DNA of 59,356 nucleotides, filler included, from Sphacelaria rigidula (lineage: Eukaryota), in NCBI GenBank assembly GCA_964200075.2. It is 6 parts of 6 records of this genome, joined end to end, with 100 filler letters (N's around TTAATTAATTAA, not from the genome) between each part and the next. Parts side by side here need not be neighbours in the genome. Positions count along the whole stretch, not along the records: positions 39,641 to 49,448 come from CAXNAA020007713.1; positions 49,549 to 59,356 come from CAXNAA020007714.1; 4 more parts are not named here. One strand, 5' to 3'. Position 1 is the first letter of the stretch. Every line of letters begins with the position of its first letter. Under the pieces are notes generated by a model. It did not search any database. It saw only the letters and a program-made list of their open reading frames with translations, and was not told the DNA's origin. The position numbers and the translations under genes are program-made. Below are positions 39,541 to 51,544 of the stretch, piece after piece.

Positions 39541-39640
39541 NNNNNNNNNNNNNNNNNNNNNNNNNNNNNNNNNNNNNNNNNNNNTTAATTAATTAANNNN
39601 NNNNNNNNNNNNNNNNNNNNNNNNNNNNNNNNNNNNNNNN
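39541..39640. other. Artificial contig linker
   Basis: Same N/TTAATTAATTAA/N spacer. Confidence 0.97.
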
Positions 39641-39719
39641 AGGGATGCGAGGTCAATGGTCTGATGACTATGGCATGCATGATCATGAGTACACCCCCCC
39701 TCCACTCTGTTGAAAAAAA

Positions 39720-40430
39720 GCAATGGAAGGGCAGATCTGAAAAAGGTGGGATAGCGTAGCCGAGAAAGTATGGCAGAATGAAGAAGGCAACCAAGGATGG
39801 ATACCGTCGATATGCGAATGTGGGAGGTACAAGACAAAGTCACGAAATAAAAGAAACGAGGGGATAACGAGCGCTAAGACGGAAAGTGGACGAGGAAGAG
39901 TACGCGAAGATATACGAGGGGTTGAGAGAAGGGAAAGGGATGAAACATAGCTGCACAGTCCAATTAACTACGCCAACGAGTCGAAACTGCTATTTTGGGT
40001 GGGGGACCTGGACCTGCCAGAAAGAAGGATGTATATCAGTAGTGGAGTGGAGGAAGAAGTAGTAGATACGCAGAATTGCCTCTGTGGCCAAGCAATAGAG
40101 TAGAACCCATGTAGTGGGAGAATGTGAACAATACAAGGAGGAACGGGACATGATAGACAGGGAAATATGGGAACTAAACGAAGGTGGCATGAAATCGTCA
40201 GGTGCATTGGATGGTAGCCACAACACGACTGCTAGACTAGAAAATAGATGGTGTCCACAGACGGCGAAACAGGAAGGGGGGGGAACCACAGGAAGGGGAT
40301 GAGATATGTAAAAGGTTCTCGTATAATGTATGGAAGAAACGGAAATGAGCGCCAAAATGTTGCAGGTGAATATTAGGAGTAGAAACAGTACGTGCTCCGT
40401 CTCGAAAGGGATGAGTGGTCGACGATCAAA
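39720..40430 (+). mobile_element. LINE ORF2 C-terminus and 3' UTR (family A)
   Basis: Overlaps in homology with 20930-21170. Decayed C-x-C...E..THVVGEC knuckle, ending in the GCTCCGTCTCGAAAGGGATG 3' motif. Confidence 0.8.
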
Positions 40431-41084
40431 GTGCGAGGCGGCCAGCATTTCGTTATCGTGAAACCACTGCTTGGCACGCCCGTCGCAAAACTCGTTTTTC
40501 ATCACGATCTCTCGATTGATCGGTTGAGTAATCCATTGAATGATGTTCGCACATAAATTGATCCGCCACAAATCCATCCGTGGTTACCACATAGACGTAC
40601 CAACCCAGGTCAAAAAGAGGGCAGGGCTTGCTAGTCACGGTGGCTCAACAACAGGGCGAAATGGAAAGAAGAAAAAAGAGGGAGGGATCACGCAGAGCAC
40701 GAAAAAACGACAAGCAAAGAGGACACGACCCAGACGAGAACAGAAACAACTACAGCCTAAAATGTAGGGTCGGTCCGAAGAGTGAACGATTATATCACAC
40801 TCACCCGCTGACAAAATTAGGTTGTGATTGACAAGCACATTTAGATACTGAAGGCGAACCCTAACGATTGATGAACACGCGGATAACACTCAACATGCAA
40901 AAACCGACACAACACAAAATGAAAAAAACAAAACAAGAGTAAAAACAGGTGTTTCGACAAAACAAGCAAAAGCAAACACGGACACCCACAACGGAAAACG
41001 TTTTTTCCCCCTTTTACCCTGTTTCTTCTCCCTCCTCACCACCCCCCCATCCTCCCGAAACAAGGACAGCATCGCACGTCTCAC

Positions 41085-41305
41085 CGGTTGACTTCCAAGT
41101 AGTGAAAGTGCCTCCGGTTGAGGAACTTCTCGTTTTTCACTTGTTGCATCGACGGGTCGTCCATGACTAACGCCACATACGGGACGCTGCTCTGGGTCCA
41201 CTCGTGCTCCGCTGCAATGGAATGCGGATATCGGTACACAGAAACCGTGCTGTACAGTCCCTTCTTGTAGTAGGGGTCCGCCTCCAACAGTCGGAGCACG
41301 GCAGC
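41085..41305 (-). CDS. Tandem YCII-domain protein, exon e (end of domain 1, start of domain 2)
   Basis: atccag|GCT...CG|gtgaga. AAVLRLLEADPYYKKGLYSTVSVYRY (YCII DPY..GL motif), then YVALVMDDP...RRHFHYL (a second YCII start). Confidence 0.82.
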
Positions 41306-41347
41306 CTGGATTAGCCACGATGGCGAGGAGGTGAGGAGGAATGGGGG

Positions 41348-41414
41348 CGTACTCATTTGTTGCTTGCCTTAGTCATTTGACCATTGACCACGCATCCCTT
41401 TCGAGACGGAGCAC
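41348..41414 (-). mobile_element. 5'-truncated LINE 3' end (family A) with 16-bp TSD
   Basis: Flanked by TGAGGAGGAATGGGGG at 41332-41347 and 41415-41430. Near-identical copies at 1638-1705, 11708-11790, 21581-21645, 24320-24376 and 48872-48937. Confidence 0.88.
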
Positions 41415-42292
41415 TGAGGAGGAATGGGGGGGAGCGATATTCGCGATCTACTACTAGAGGCAATGATTGAAGGCACGAGTGTGGGAGACGAAGAGACGCG
41501 CGTGAAGTAGTAGACGGTGGTCGGAAATCAATCGATTTTGGGTATTAATCACCTGCTGCACGTCAAACTCGAAACCGCACCCAACAGACGGTTGAGATTG
41601 ATGAGGGAGTGGGGGGAGGGAGGGGGGTACTCATTCGTCACTTGCACAAGTCATTTGACCATTGACCAAGCATCTCTTTCGAATCGGAGCACCGTTCCTA
41701 TTCCTGATAGAAACACCTCCAACAATTTGGGCGCTCATTGCGTTCCTGATGGAGTGGGGGGGGGGGTGCCCTCATGATCATGGATGCTGTCGTCGTATTA
41801 CCATTGGCCTCGCATCCCTAAAAAGCCGGGGCGAGGCACGCCGGGTTTTCGGAGGACCAGGCTCGCAATCAATCACCAAGCGCGAAGCGCCGTGCTGTGT
41901 TCAGCGAGTCGCACGCAGGGTGAGCTTCATTCTCTGGTGTTGTCACTTCCAGAGACAGGCACGGGTTACACACTGCTTGATGGGTGACTCACATTAGACG
42001 AGGGACTGGGGCGTACTCATTTACCACGCATCCCATTCGAAATGGATGAGGGAGTGGGGGGGAAAGAGAGGATACTCCCATTTTCTCTCGCTTAAAAATT
42101 AGCTAGTGGACCATTCACTTTGCGTCCTGGATGGGGCTGGGCAATCTTCGATGTTCCTCTGCGAGTAACTGCATGAGGGTCAACCGTTCCCTCCCTCGCA
42201 ACAACGACAAAGGCTGCAACGCAAAACAGTCAACAGTCGGTCATCACCACCAGCAACCAACAATGACGCCTACAGCGACAACGGCGACGAAC

Positions 42293-42419
42293 CTTGGATT
42301 TGGCTCTAATGTTCATCATGTTTCCTATTATCTTCTGCTTTCCCGGCGACAGGATGCTTCGGTCCCACGCGATGGTCGCTTCCTGCTCTTGATCATACCG
42401 CAGTCCGCGCGTCAGCATC
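42293..42419 (-). CDS. Tandem YCII-domain protein, exon d
   Basis: Polypyrimidine tract then ccgcag|G (phase 2 match) to AAG|gttcgt. MLTRGLRYDQEQEATIAWDRSILSPGKQKIIGNMMNIRAKSK corresponds to the YciI G-S-hydrophobic strand. Confidence 0.78.
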
Positions 42420-44197
42420 CTGCGGCGATAGGCGCAGGAATTGACGTAGAAGTGGAGCGAACAGAAAGAGTCGGGTGTACTAGCGCAGGGACTGCACCCG
42501 CCAAATTTTGGGGAGGCTGTGTTTCAATGTCGATCACCAACGAATCGAAATCGGTGGATCTCTGGAGTGTATAAAAAGGTATTTTATACAGTATATGCAA
42601 CATGCGTAAAAACGAATTAGTCCGGCTCGTTGTCTCTGCATTGATTAGCCAGCACCCCACCCTCCTCGACCACCTCACTTTCGAAGTAGATCGCGTTTGT
42701 AAACAGTCAGTGTCTAGACGTCTGATTTCAATCCCTGTGCATTCCGCTATTCATCATCTTAATCTCTAATGTTCGAAATTTCACGCTTTGACGACGTGCT
42801 TCTGCCTGCCACAATACCAGGTGTGCACCTGATTCATGTACACAACTTGTTTGTTGCCCACGTACATTCTGTACGCAAAGCGTCGCTAAAACATACCGAA
42901 CGATGTGCACCTGCGCGTGACGCAGCGGATCCCGCGAAGGTGTTTTAGAAAAACAAATTGCGACACGGAAGACTCTTCTCACCCGATTTCGCGTAGGTGT
43001 GTACATGGTTGAGTGACGGTGACACAAAAAACGGTTTCACTCAGTTTTTTTTAAATATACGGTGTAGTACGTGAATCGACACACGGAAAACAGTTGCAGA
43101 TCATCAGGGTTGTGTATAGAGACCAATATACATATTAGCCATTATCAATATTTTGACACATCGACATGAATCAGCAGCGCCACCGATACATCAATATATT
43201 CTCCGCAGACGTCAACGACTCCGAATATAAGACACAATTTCCAACGTTTTCGCAGCCACATATTTCGAGAAAATTGGAGTTCATGCGCGCACAACGCTGA
43301 TCTCGGAGCGGTCAATCATGAGCTCCATCTTGAAGAGAGATTAAGCCGAAGCGCGTACTTTTCTCGCCTCCAGCGAGGCCCCTCATCAGCCGGGCGAGGG
43401 AAGTGTTTCGGCTCCGGCTGCACCCTCACGGGTCGTGTCTGGGGCACGACGGTGGTCGGCTACGCCCCCACAACACCAATATTTCGTCTATCCCGTACGA
43501 GGTTACGTTTACACAGGCGCTCACCCGTGGCGGACGCGTGATTTGTAACTTTTTCCCGAAATCTTTGGAGGTTTTTGGATTGCAAACATTGTTTTCGGGA
43601 GTGCACGCCACCAGGTGTCAAGCGGCCTGAGAAAATCAGTCCTCCTAGAAATGGCGGTGATTCGCCCCTCTTCCGGGGGTGAAAGAAGACAAGAACATTT
43701 GGGAAAAAAATCCCAAAAAATGCCCCGAAAATAGGGATACTTTACTCCAAAATACTGCACAAATATATGAGCCCTCGTTCTCTCGTATTTTCCCCCCACC
43801 AGCACCCCTGTACTTCATATTTCCAATGAACTCGACTCCAGCATCTCCAAACCCATGGTTGGGGTGATACCATCTGTCCTACGTAACCTAGTTTACCAAT
43901 GGGATGAAAGGAAGTAAGTACAATACAAACCAATGCATGACCGATGTATTGGTATTTTGACGGAACAAATCTTGGACATACAGATTGCATTGATTGAACC
44001 GAACAACGCACAACCCAACATCATGAGCTGCGACATCATCAGTTATTGTGTGGAGGATGCTTGCTGCTGCCTGCGACCGTGGTAGCGCCCAGCTGACGCC
44101 CCTGTGCGTGCTGGTTTTGTGAGTTTTGTCTCCTATAAATAAATCACTGTGCCATGTGTTCCTCTGTGTTTTCAGTCAGTTTTTCCTTGTCTTATAC

Positions 44198-44376
44198 CTC
44201 GCCCATGTCATGCGCTCGAAGTTGTTGGCAAGCCGAATGCCATGAAACGGAAAGTTTTTCTGCTCGTCCCCGGTTGCCTCTCTATCCACGCAGAAGACCA
44301 GGTAGCTCTCGTTGAAACGCAGCTCTGGCTCGGGGGCTTTGAAGGTGTACGTCGCGCCGTCATCGCCGTCCGAACC
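44198..44376 (-). CDS. Tandem YCII-domain protein, exon c (start of domain 1)
   Basis: atacag|GGT...AG|gtataa. GSDGDDGATYTFKAPEPELRFNESYLVFCVDREATGDEQKNFPFHGIRLANNFERMTWA. YLVFCVD...RLA resembles the YciI N-terminus. Confidence 0.78.
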
Positions 44377-44616
44377 CTGTATAGTGTGCGAGTCCAGGAT
44401 ACATCATGCCATGTCACGTGAGGCCATGTCATATCACGTTGGGTCACGTCGGGCCACGTCACGCAACGCGCGGGTGTTTGTTTTTGCTTTCGTATCGAGC
44501 GTAAAGAGGAAATTTATGTAAATAAATATATGTACACCAAATATGAAAATAGAACAAGAAACACCCTCACACTACAAGTATTTCATATATCCAGAGTCAG
44601 AGTATTTGACACGCAT

Positions 44617-44652
<36 letters not shown>

Positions 44653-44749
44653 TATACAAAAGTTTCGGCGGCTATCGCCGCCACGCTCAATGAATCGACA
44701 GCCAAGATACATGGGCACAGGTGTTGACACCCATGTCCGTTGCGTAATG

Positions 44750-45029
44750 GAAGGGATAAATGGGGTCTCCCGATGACAGAGGCTCACGCAAAGGCTTGGC
44801 ACATGAGAAATAACCCAACGCAATCAGAGGTGAACGTGGGGAACTCCTTGCCCCAGCAAACCAAAAACTCACAGGTTGTCGAGTATTATCTACCCCCACG
44901 ACATAGTCGCTCGCCACTGTCAAGCATGGTGTGAGATAAAATCCCAGATCGTGTGACTGCACTGAGATTCGAACTCACGACCCAAAAGTCAGAGGGTTTC
45001 GAGGTTACCAACTGAGCCACCGCGGCAAC
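44750..45029 (-). mobile_element. tRNA-derived SINE
   Basis: Minus-strand head GCCGCGGTGGCTCAGTTGG (A box) ... GAGTTCGAATCTC (B box), with no closable cloverleaf. Confidence 0.65.
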
Positions 45030-46012
45030 CAGCTACCGATTCAAATCTGAAATAGAAGCCGTTGTTTTCAGTGTCTCATGATAGAATAAGCGCATGTACG
45101 GTACAGCAGCAGCAGCAGCTACGAGAGCAGTCCAGAGACAGTAAAAGAGGAGTACGGTCAAGACCATGCGACATGCGGGCAAGATCACAACATGCTCCCG
45201 GTGTGCCCCGAGATTGAAGGGAGCGTCGTTACGCATGATCGATCCAACTGAGCACGATGCCGATTCAATTTTCAAGTGAAAACGATACTGGTTCCACGAA
45301 CGAATGTGGGGCCTGTGTACGGTGAGAGGTGGCATCTCCGACGGTCAAAGGGTCCACCGTCCAACGAGGAAATGCATCAAACGTCAAAATGCCATGGAGA
45401 ACACAGCGCGGAAAGCGTACGATATTCACTCCAAACCTACACGGAACCGGAACGCACCCTTATGCCCAGCGAAATGCAAGCGAAGAAGCTGATACGTATA
45501 ATCGGCGAAAGAGGAAATGCTGGCTTCTCAGAGCTTCATAGCACGAACTGGCCCCGGAGAATATGTACTCTGAAGCCAGGTGAAAAATACAGCAAGAGTG
45601 CACCAGTCTGCAGGGCTCGAAAATGAGCCGAAATGTGACTCCTGTAAATTTTATGCCAGCTTTCCTAAGGAAGAATACACGCGAACATTGACGGTAAGCC
45701 TTTACTAGGAACGATCCTGAAAGCCCGTGGTACACAATGCAATTTTGGTCACATTCATGAGACACCTTTTTCACTAGTTGACGCACGTATGAAAGTATGC
45801 TGATTGCTACACTAGAAGATAGACGGTGGCCACAGACGGCGAAACAAAGGAGGGGATAAGACAGTTACAATACTTTTGGTGTGCGGTACAAACTGACTCC
45901 AGTAGGATGTGAAGAGAACGCGAGTTCGATTCTCATCAGATGAGTCTCAAAGCTTTTTTGTTTCAAGAATCTGATTGCCGCCGTTGTCACGCGTGAGGAC
46001 ATGAACTACACT

Positions 46013-46061
<49 letters not shown>

Positions 46062-46383
46062 GAGTTTCATCATGCTGAATTTATTAGATGACAGTCGACA
46101 ACCCGCTGCGGGAGTGTATGGTCATGACCCAATCCACCCGCGATACCAAAACCCAAGGCGTGTACTATACACGGGGGAAAATATGGATCTACCCCTGGAG
46201 ACCACGCACTAATCCCCAGGAAGGGCAGGGATTGGAACAACACTGTAAGGTGGGTATTTGCAGGCACTGGGAGGGCAAAGGGATATTCCGGGAGTTCCAA
46301 GATAGGCGATGGTTAGCGAGCGAAGGAGGGCCTGGGGATGTAACGCATTTTGTCACGGTTATTCATTTTGCCGTCCGACTCAC

Positions 46384-46461
46384 ATAGTATCTGGGGCCTT
46401 CGTTGCTGACCTCCTCTTCCGACAGCACCGAGTCCAAGGCGTCGTCCTCTGTAGCCTTCTT
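46384..46461 (-). CDS. Tandem YCII-domain protein, exon b (acceptor uncertain)
   Basis: KKATEDDALDSVLSEEEVSNEGPRYY|gtgagt. Strong donor, phase 0. Confidence 0.6.
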
Positions 46462-47701
46462 CTCGTCGATCACGACCGCCACCGCCCCCGGCCCCGCGAA
46501 AAAAACGGGGATAGATACGAGAAGACCAACAATAGCAGGAACAGCAACAACACCAGCAACAGCAACAGCAACAGCAACAACAATAACGACAAAAACAACA
46601 AACTGGTTTCTCCCGTGCCGTCGAAATCGTTCGCACTTACTTGCTCGTTCGTTCGGCGGGCGAAATGGACAGAGATGACCGATACATAGAGAGACTACAA
46701 ATTCGATGAGGGTAAGAGTCCCCAACAACAGCGAGAGAAAAAAAAAAGGCGGCCTCAACAGCAAAAATCAAGCACGGACGGACCAGAAAATCACACGGAA
46801 CATACACGAGGCGTCACTAGACCGATTGAATTTTGTGTCGTGGAAAGCACGTGTGTGGGGTGATGCCACGAGAGCTCCCTCGCAAAAAAGGGCAAACTTT
46901 CGTCACGAAGAAATGGCCGAACATTAAGATAGTTTCGGAAAATGCTTCTTTGTCATTTCAGACTTCATATGTCTCAGGATCGGAGTGCGGAATAAAAAAA
47001 TACACCTCATCGAAAAAAATTAAGGGGATAGATACCACATATCACGGAGGGGGGAACAACTTTTCGTTACACTCTGATCCTGAGATACTTGCACTCTGAA
47101 ATGGCGAAAAAGTGTTTTCCGAAACTCTTCATTATATCGAGAATGATGGAATGTTTCAGAAAACAGCTCTTGGTCGGAAACTATTATAAGCAAGAGCAGA
47201 AGTGACTGATTTCAGAAACCCGGTCCGAACAATTATGTTGAAAAAAGGCAGATACGGTTGGTTTCAGAAACCAGGTCTTCAGTCCACTTCGAACGAGGTA
47301 TACATATCTAGTCTCAGAAACCGGGTCTGAACACCTCACACGTAGTTTTTGCCTCAATCCCCATTACACTTTTCTGGGGCGGCGTACTCATGATCTTACA
47401 TACCGTAGTCATATCACCATTGACCTCGCATTCCTACAAAGCCGAGACGGAGCACGCCGGCTTTTTGCCTGACCAGGCTCGTTATCACCAACCGCGACAT
47501 TCTCGGGCGACATTCGACGACCGCGACATTCTCGGAGGGAGGGGGGAGAAGGAGGGGGGCTACGGCGACATCACCCTGTAGGAGTAGTAGCAGCAGTCCT
47601 CCTGGACGACGGGAGCTGTACTACCAGGAGAGGTGATGTGACGACGAGAAAGCAGAAAAACGTACCACGGGTTCGGGAACGACGCATCCTGCGTCTCTCA
47701 C

Positions 47702-47788
47702 GTCGACGCCCCTGTCCGGGTTTACGCGAAGCTTTGGCCCGTTAGGTCCGTAGGGCCAAAGTTCTTCTGGATCCTCCTCCCAAGGCCT
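47702..47788 (-). CDS. Tandem YCII-domain protein, upstream exon a
   Basis: caagcag|AGG...GAC|gtgaga (an alternative donor lies near 47665). RPWEEDPEELWPYGPNGPKLRVNPDRGVD. Same strand and phase as the downstream exons. Confidence 0.55.
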
Positions 47789-49448
47789 CTGCTTGGACGG
47801 ACGCGAACGAACGGAGCACAAGAAAAGGTGTTCGAATACAAGAGGAGCGGGATCAATATCAACATCAACGACAGGGAGTGCTAGCGTTGCAGATGAAAGC
47901 AGTGTGCCGTGCGCTTGAAACGATGCCAGAACATAAGAATTCAAGAGGTATGAATACACCGTTGACAGCAAACTTCAACTCCAACTTCAGCGAACACCAG
48001 TCAGTTACCGCCATTCCCACCGTTCGCTACATGACGGTGCGAGCAGGTCGCACACATTAGGAACGAATCAATGTTATATTCGATCTGTCCCGCACGAATC
48101 CCGGCATCTGAGTCCAAGTGTGAAGAAAAGTCAGCCATGCTACACGAAATCGAAACCAGAGGGTGGTTGAGACATGCACGTTAGGTTCGTACCGTGCGAA
48201 TCAAGGCTGGAGGGAAAATATACGTTTGAAAACAATTCGTGGCCTACGGAGACACGCGTGGACTTGATGAATGAACGAATGATGTGGTACGAATCATCAT
48301 TTTGTACCAAGCGACTGGTGGAGGGGGGAATGTATGCCTTCTTCTTCGTTCGTAGCGGATCGGGGGAAGCAAGACCGTGCGTATGTTTGGAATTTACTCG
48401 AGGATGGCATGGGCGCGAGAGCAAGAACGTACGTATGCTTGGAATGAATTCGCCCCAGCACGAATGACGAATGATGTATCAATGTCAATTCGTGCTACAA
48501 GAGTGAAACAATAAACGTTAGGACGGCTGAAGGAAAACACGTGCGTATGTTTTGAGAAACGAAATTATGCCGAACGCAAGCACGGAAGACGGATAAACAA
48601 AATAAAAAAACGGAAAAAATGCGCGTTGTGACGTTTATTTCGTGTCGTACGAGCGAGTGGATATAGGGTGATGAGGGCACAGCGAATACGTGCACACGTG
48701 TGAAATGGCCTAGTTTCAGCACATGCATGAATGACAACGACAAATGGCCAATGACAAATGAAAGGGTGGTAATGGATGACCCACGTTTTTTATACGACGA
48801 ATGGTGCAGCAATGATTCGTACGAGCCACGAAAAAAACCATCTGCACGCGGGTGCAGGGGGGTGGGGGGGGCGTACTCATTTTGTTGGTTGCCTCAGTCT
48901 TTCGACCATTGACCACGCATCCCTTTGGAGACGGAGCAGAGGGGGGGGCGGGGGTACTTGTGATCTCGCATGCCATAGCCACAAGACCGTCGACCTTGCA
49001 TCCCAACAAAGCCGGGACGGAGCACGCCGGGTTTTCGCCGGACCAGGCTCGCACTCAATCACCGGGGGGAAGGGGGACATTGAACACACCGCCCCGCCTC
49101 GACGTTCTAACTGGTACACCACCCCCGATACCCAGTGAGGACGAATGGTTGCGAATTTGGATCTCAACATCGAAAACGTGAGGACGTGAGAAGCGAAACA
49201 AAATACGATGGGAGTGGATACGGTGTGGGAGTGCGTGCCTATCCGATTCGCGAGACCAAAAAATGTCAGACAGGTACAAGGGAGAGAAGTGGGTAGATCA
49301 TTTGAAAACTAGCACGATTAGGACGAATCATCACGACTACGAATCACCGAATCCACGATATCTTCGACCTGATTGCCCAAAAGGTAGAAAAAAGTTGACC
49401 GCTGGTCCAAGGGGTATCCACGTTACTTTTGCGCCATTCCATGAGTCT

Positions 49449-49548
49449 NNNNNNNNNNNNNNNNNNNNNNNNNNNNNNNNNNNNNNNNNNNNTTAATTAA
49501 TTAANNNNNNNNNNNNNNNNNNNNNNNNNNNNNNNNNNNNNNNNNNNN
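49449..49548. other. Artificial contig linker
   Basis: Same N/TTAATTAATTAA/N spacer. Confidence 0.97.
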
Positions 49549-49696
49549 CAGAGATTTCGAGAGCGGCCTCTGGACAAAACTACGAGAAACACATATATTG
49601 CACAGTCTGTAGGTATTTGCAGGTGAAAATACCTACAGACAGTGCAATATATTTTTTTCTCGTATTTTTGTCCAGAGGCCGCTCTCGAAATCTCTG
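49549..49696. repeat. Near-perfect 148-nt palindrome at the contig edge
   Basis: CAGAGATTTCGAGAGCGGCCTCTGGACAAAA...TTTTGTCCAGAGGCCGCTCTCGAAATCTCTG. Confidence 0.85.
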
Positions 49697-50207
49697 ACTC
49701 AAGCGAATCGGAAAAGTGGGCTAGGCTCCTCTCGGTGGGGTGATACAAAGTGTCCAAGACGTGTGGTGGCGATTTTCCCCGTTTGGGGGTCAAAAACCTT
49801 GTCAAATGTCCTAAAAGTGGGAAATACGAGCCAAACAAAATACGAACCGGAAGAAACGGCCGAAGGATAAGGATAATGATGATGATAATGATGATGATGA
49901 TGATGATGGTGATGATAATGATAGTAATAATGATAGTAGTAATGATAATGATATCATTAGTATTATTCTGTACATAGATCAATAGTACAACTCAGTATTT
50001 TTGACACCATAGTACAATTTGTCGGACCCGCGGTCGTTCTCAGTCACATTAAATAGCTGTACTGTACGGATTACGCTATTCGTGCTGTTCAGCGGACATT
50101 TAAAAGCAGTATATTCGATCTATGATAGAGTTGATATGACCATACAAGTCGAGAGTCAAACCGTCACTATTTACTCAAGCTCAGGATGGGTCAGTTGGAC
50201 GTCTTAC

Positions 50208-50311
50208 CTCTTCTGAGTCGTTCAAAACTTTGTAGCAAGCAGGGCCATCGTGAGCCACCACTACCATCACGAGCTCCTCCCGCGTGAGGCTGAAGAGGTT
50301 GAACAGCTCAT
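50208..50311 (-). CDS. USP exon d
   Basis: ttgaag|AT (phase 1 match) to GAG|gtaaga. DELFNLFSLTREELVMVVVAHDGPACYKVLNDSEE fits a UBL-like insert. Confidence 0.75.
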
Positions 50312-51267
50312 CTTCAAAGATTCAACATAAAGATACACACAAATACAAAAGTGGAACACATGTATTCATCAGGATGGCAGTGGACGCAAATAAGATATGG
50401 ATGCACACCCAAAAAAGGCGTATTTATTCATTCGAAAGAGGAGCAGTCAACAGCAAAACAGATGAATAAATCAATGAAAAACAACGCGCACACCCAATGA
50501 AGTAAGTACTCCATTGATAATGAAAATGTCGAAACACAAGCAGGGTGCACGCATCAAGCAGCAAAGCAGCAAGAGTACGTTCAAATCTACACCCATACCC
50601 ACATCCACACCTACACGACAGAGTATCGTTCATTAATCTGAAACCCTCCTTTCGAACAAATGGGTCTGCTGTAGCCCAGAGGAATACAAACTACCCGACT
50701 CAAACGAGGCATCGAACGTGCTGAGGGTGGTGCAGACTGAACGGAACGGTTTCTCAAGCACGGCTGAAATAGAGTGCCAAAGCAAATTGTTTTTTTATTT
50801 TTTTTGCTTTGTACTTTCCTCTTCTTTTCCTTTTTTCTTGTTTTAGGTCGGCTATTTCTTCTTGTGCTTTGCTTGTGATGACTTTTTTATTACTTTTTTC
50901 TCGTCACGACTTAGTCTGCTATGTCATCCTGTTCGACCCCTCTTTTTTGTTTCCTTCTCTTCCTTCTTTTTTCTCAGAGCGTGTTTCAGTTCGTTTTTCT
51001 TGGATACGTCTATCATGACACCACGGCTGGACCCCTGGAGGGTCAGTTAACAATCAATCAATCAGTACATTCTTGGATAATTTTACAGCCTCAATAGATT
51101 CAACTCATCTCCCCCTCCTTTCTTATTACGCACATCCTCACATTTTCAACAACGGGAATCAAATTCCTCCGAAAAAAAAGAAGAGGGCACAGACGCGGCC
51201 TTAAACAATCTACCACAAAAAAAATGTACCCCGTTCGACTGTAACAACAAACGAAACGCCCAAGCAC

Positions 51268-51544
51268 CTTTGACATCTCCAACCGAGGCGTGACGATTGA
51301 TCGTCACCCCAACCCGTCGCTGCTTCCTCCCTTCCATCCCTTTCCCACCCAACAGTCTAGCAGCGCGCTCGCTAAATCTCTCGCCATACCCGCCTCCAGC
51401 GTCATCCTCGTCATCGGTACAATCCGAGATCAGCGGTGACTGTGAAGGGTCTAGAAGGGGAGCGAAGTCCAGGTGTAACGCGTACCGCTGGCCGGCTAGC
51501 AGCTCCACCGGCATGACGTTGAACTCGTCGAATTTACGGGACAA
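51268..51544 (-). CDS. USP exon c (start of the insert/UBL-like region)
   Basis: gaaaag|TTG...AAAG|gtgctt. LSRKFDEFNVMPVEL corresponds to SVTFDPFxxLSLPL and runs on to VGVTINRHASVGDVK. Confidence 0.82.

Noticed and set aside
43330..43420. Hammerhead-ribozyme-like core on the minus strand (ACUUC...CUGAUGA...GAAAAGU)
   Set aside because: Stem I would have only about 2 bp and the stem II closing pair is G-A rather than G-C. Probably chance. An Infernal search with Rfam hammerhead models would settle it.
44955..45029. Possible tRNA gene
   Set aside because: A and B boxes are present but the acceptor and anticodon stems do not close. Better explained as a SINE head.
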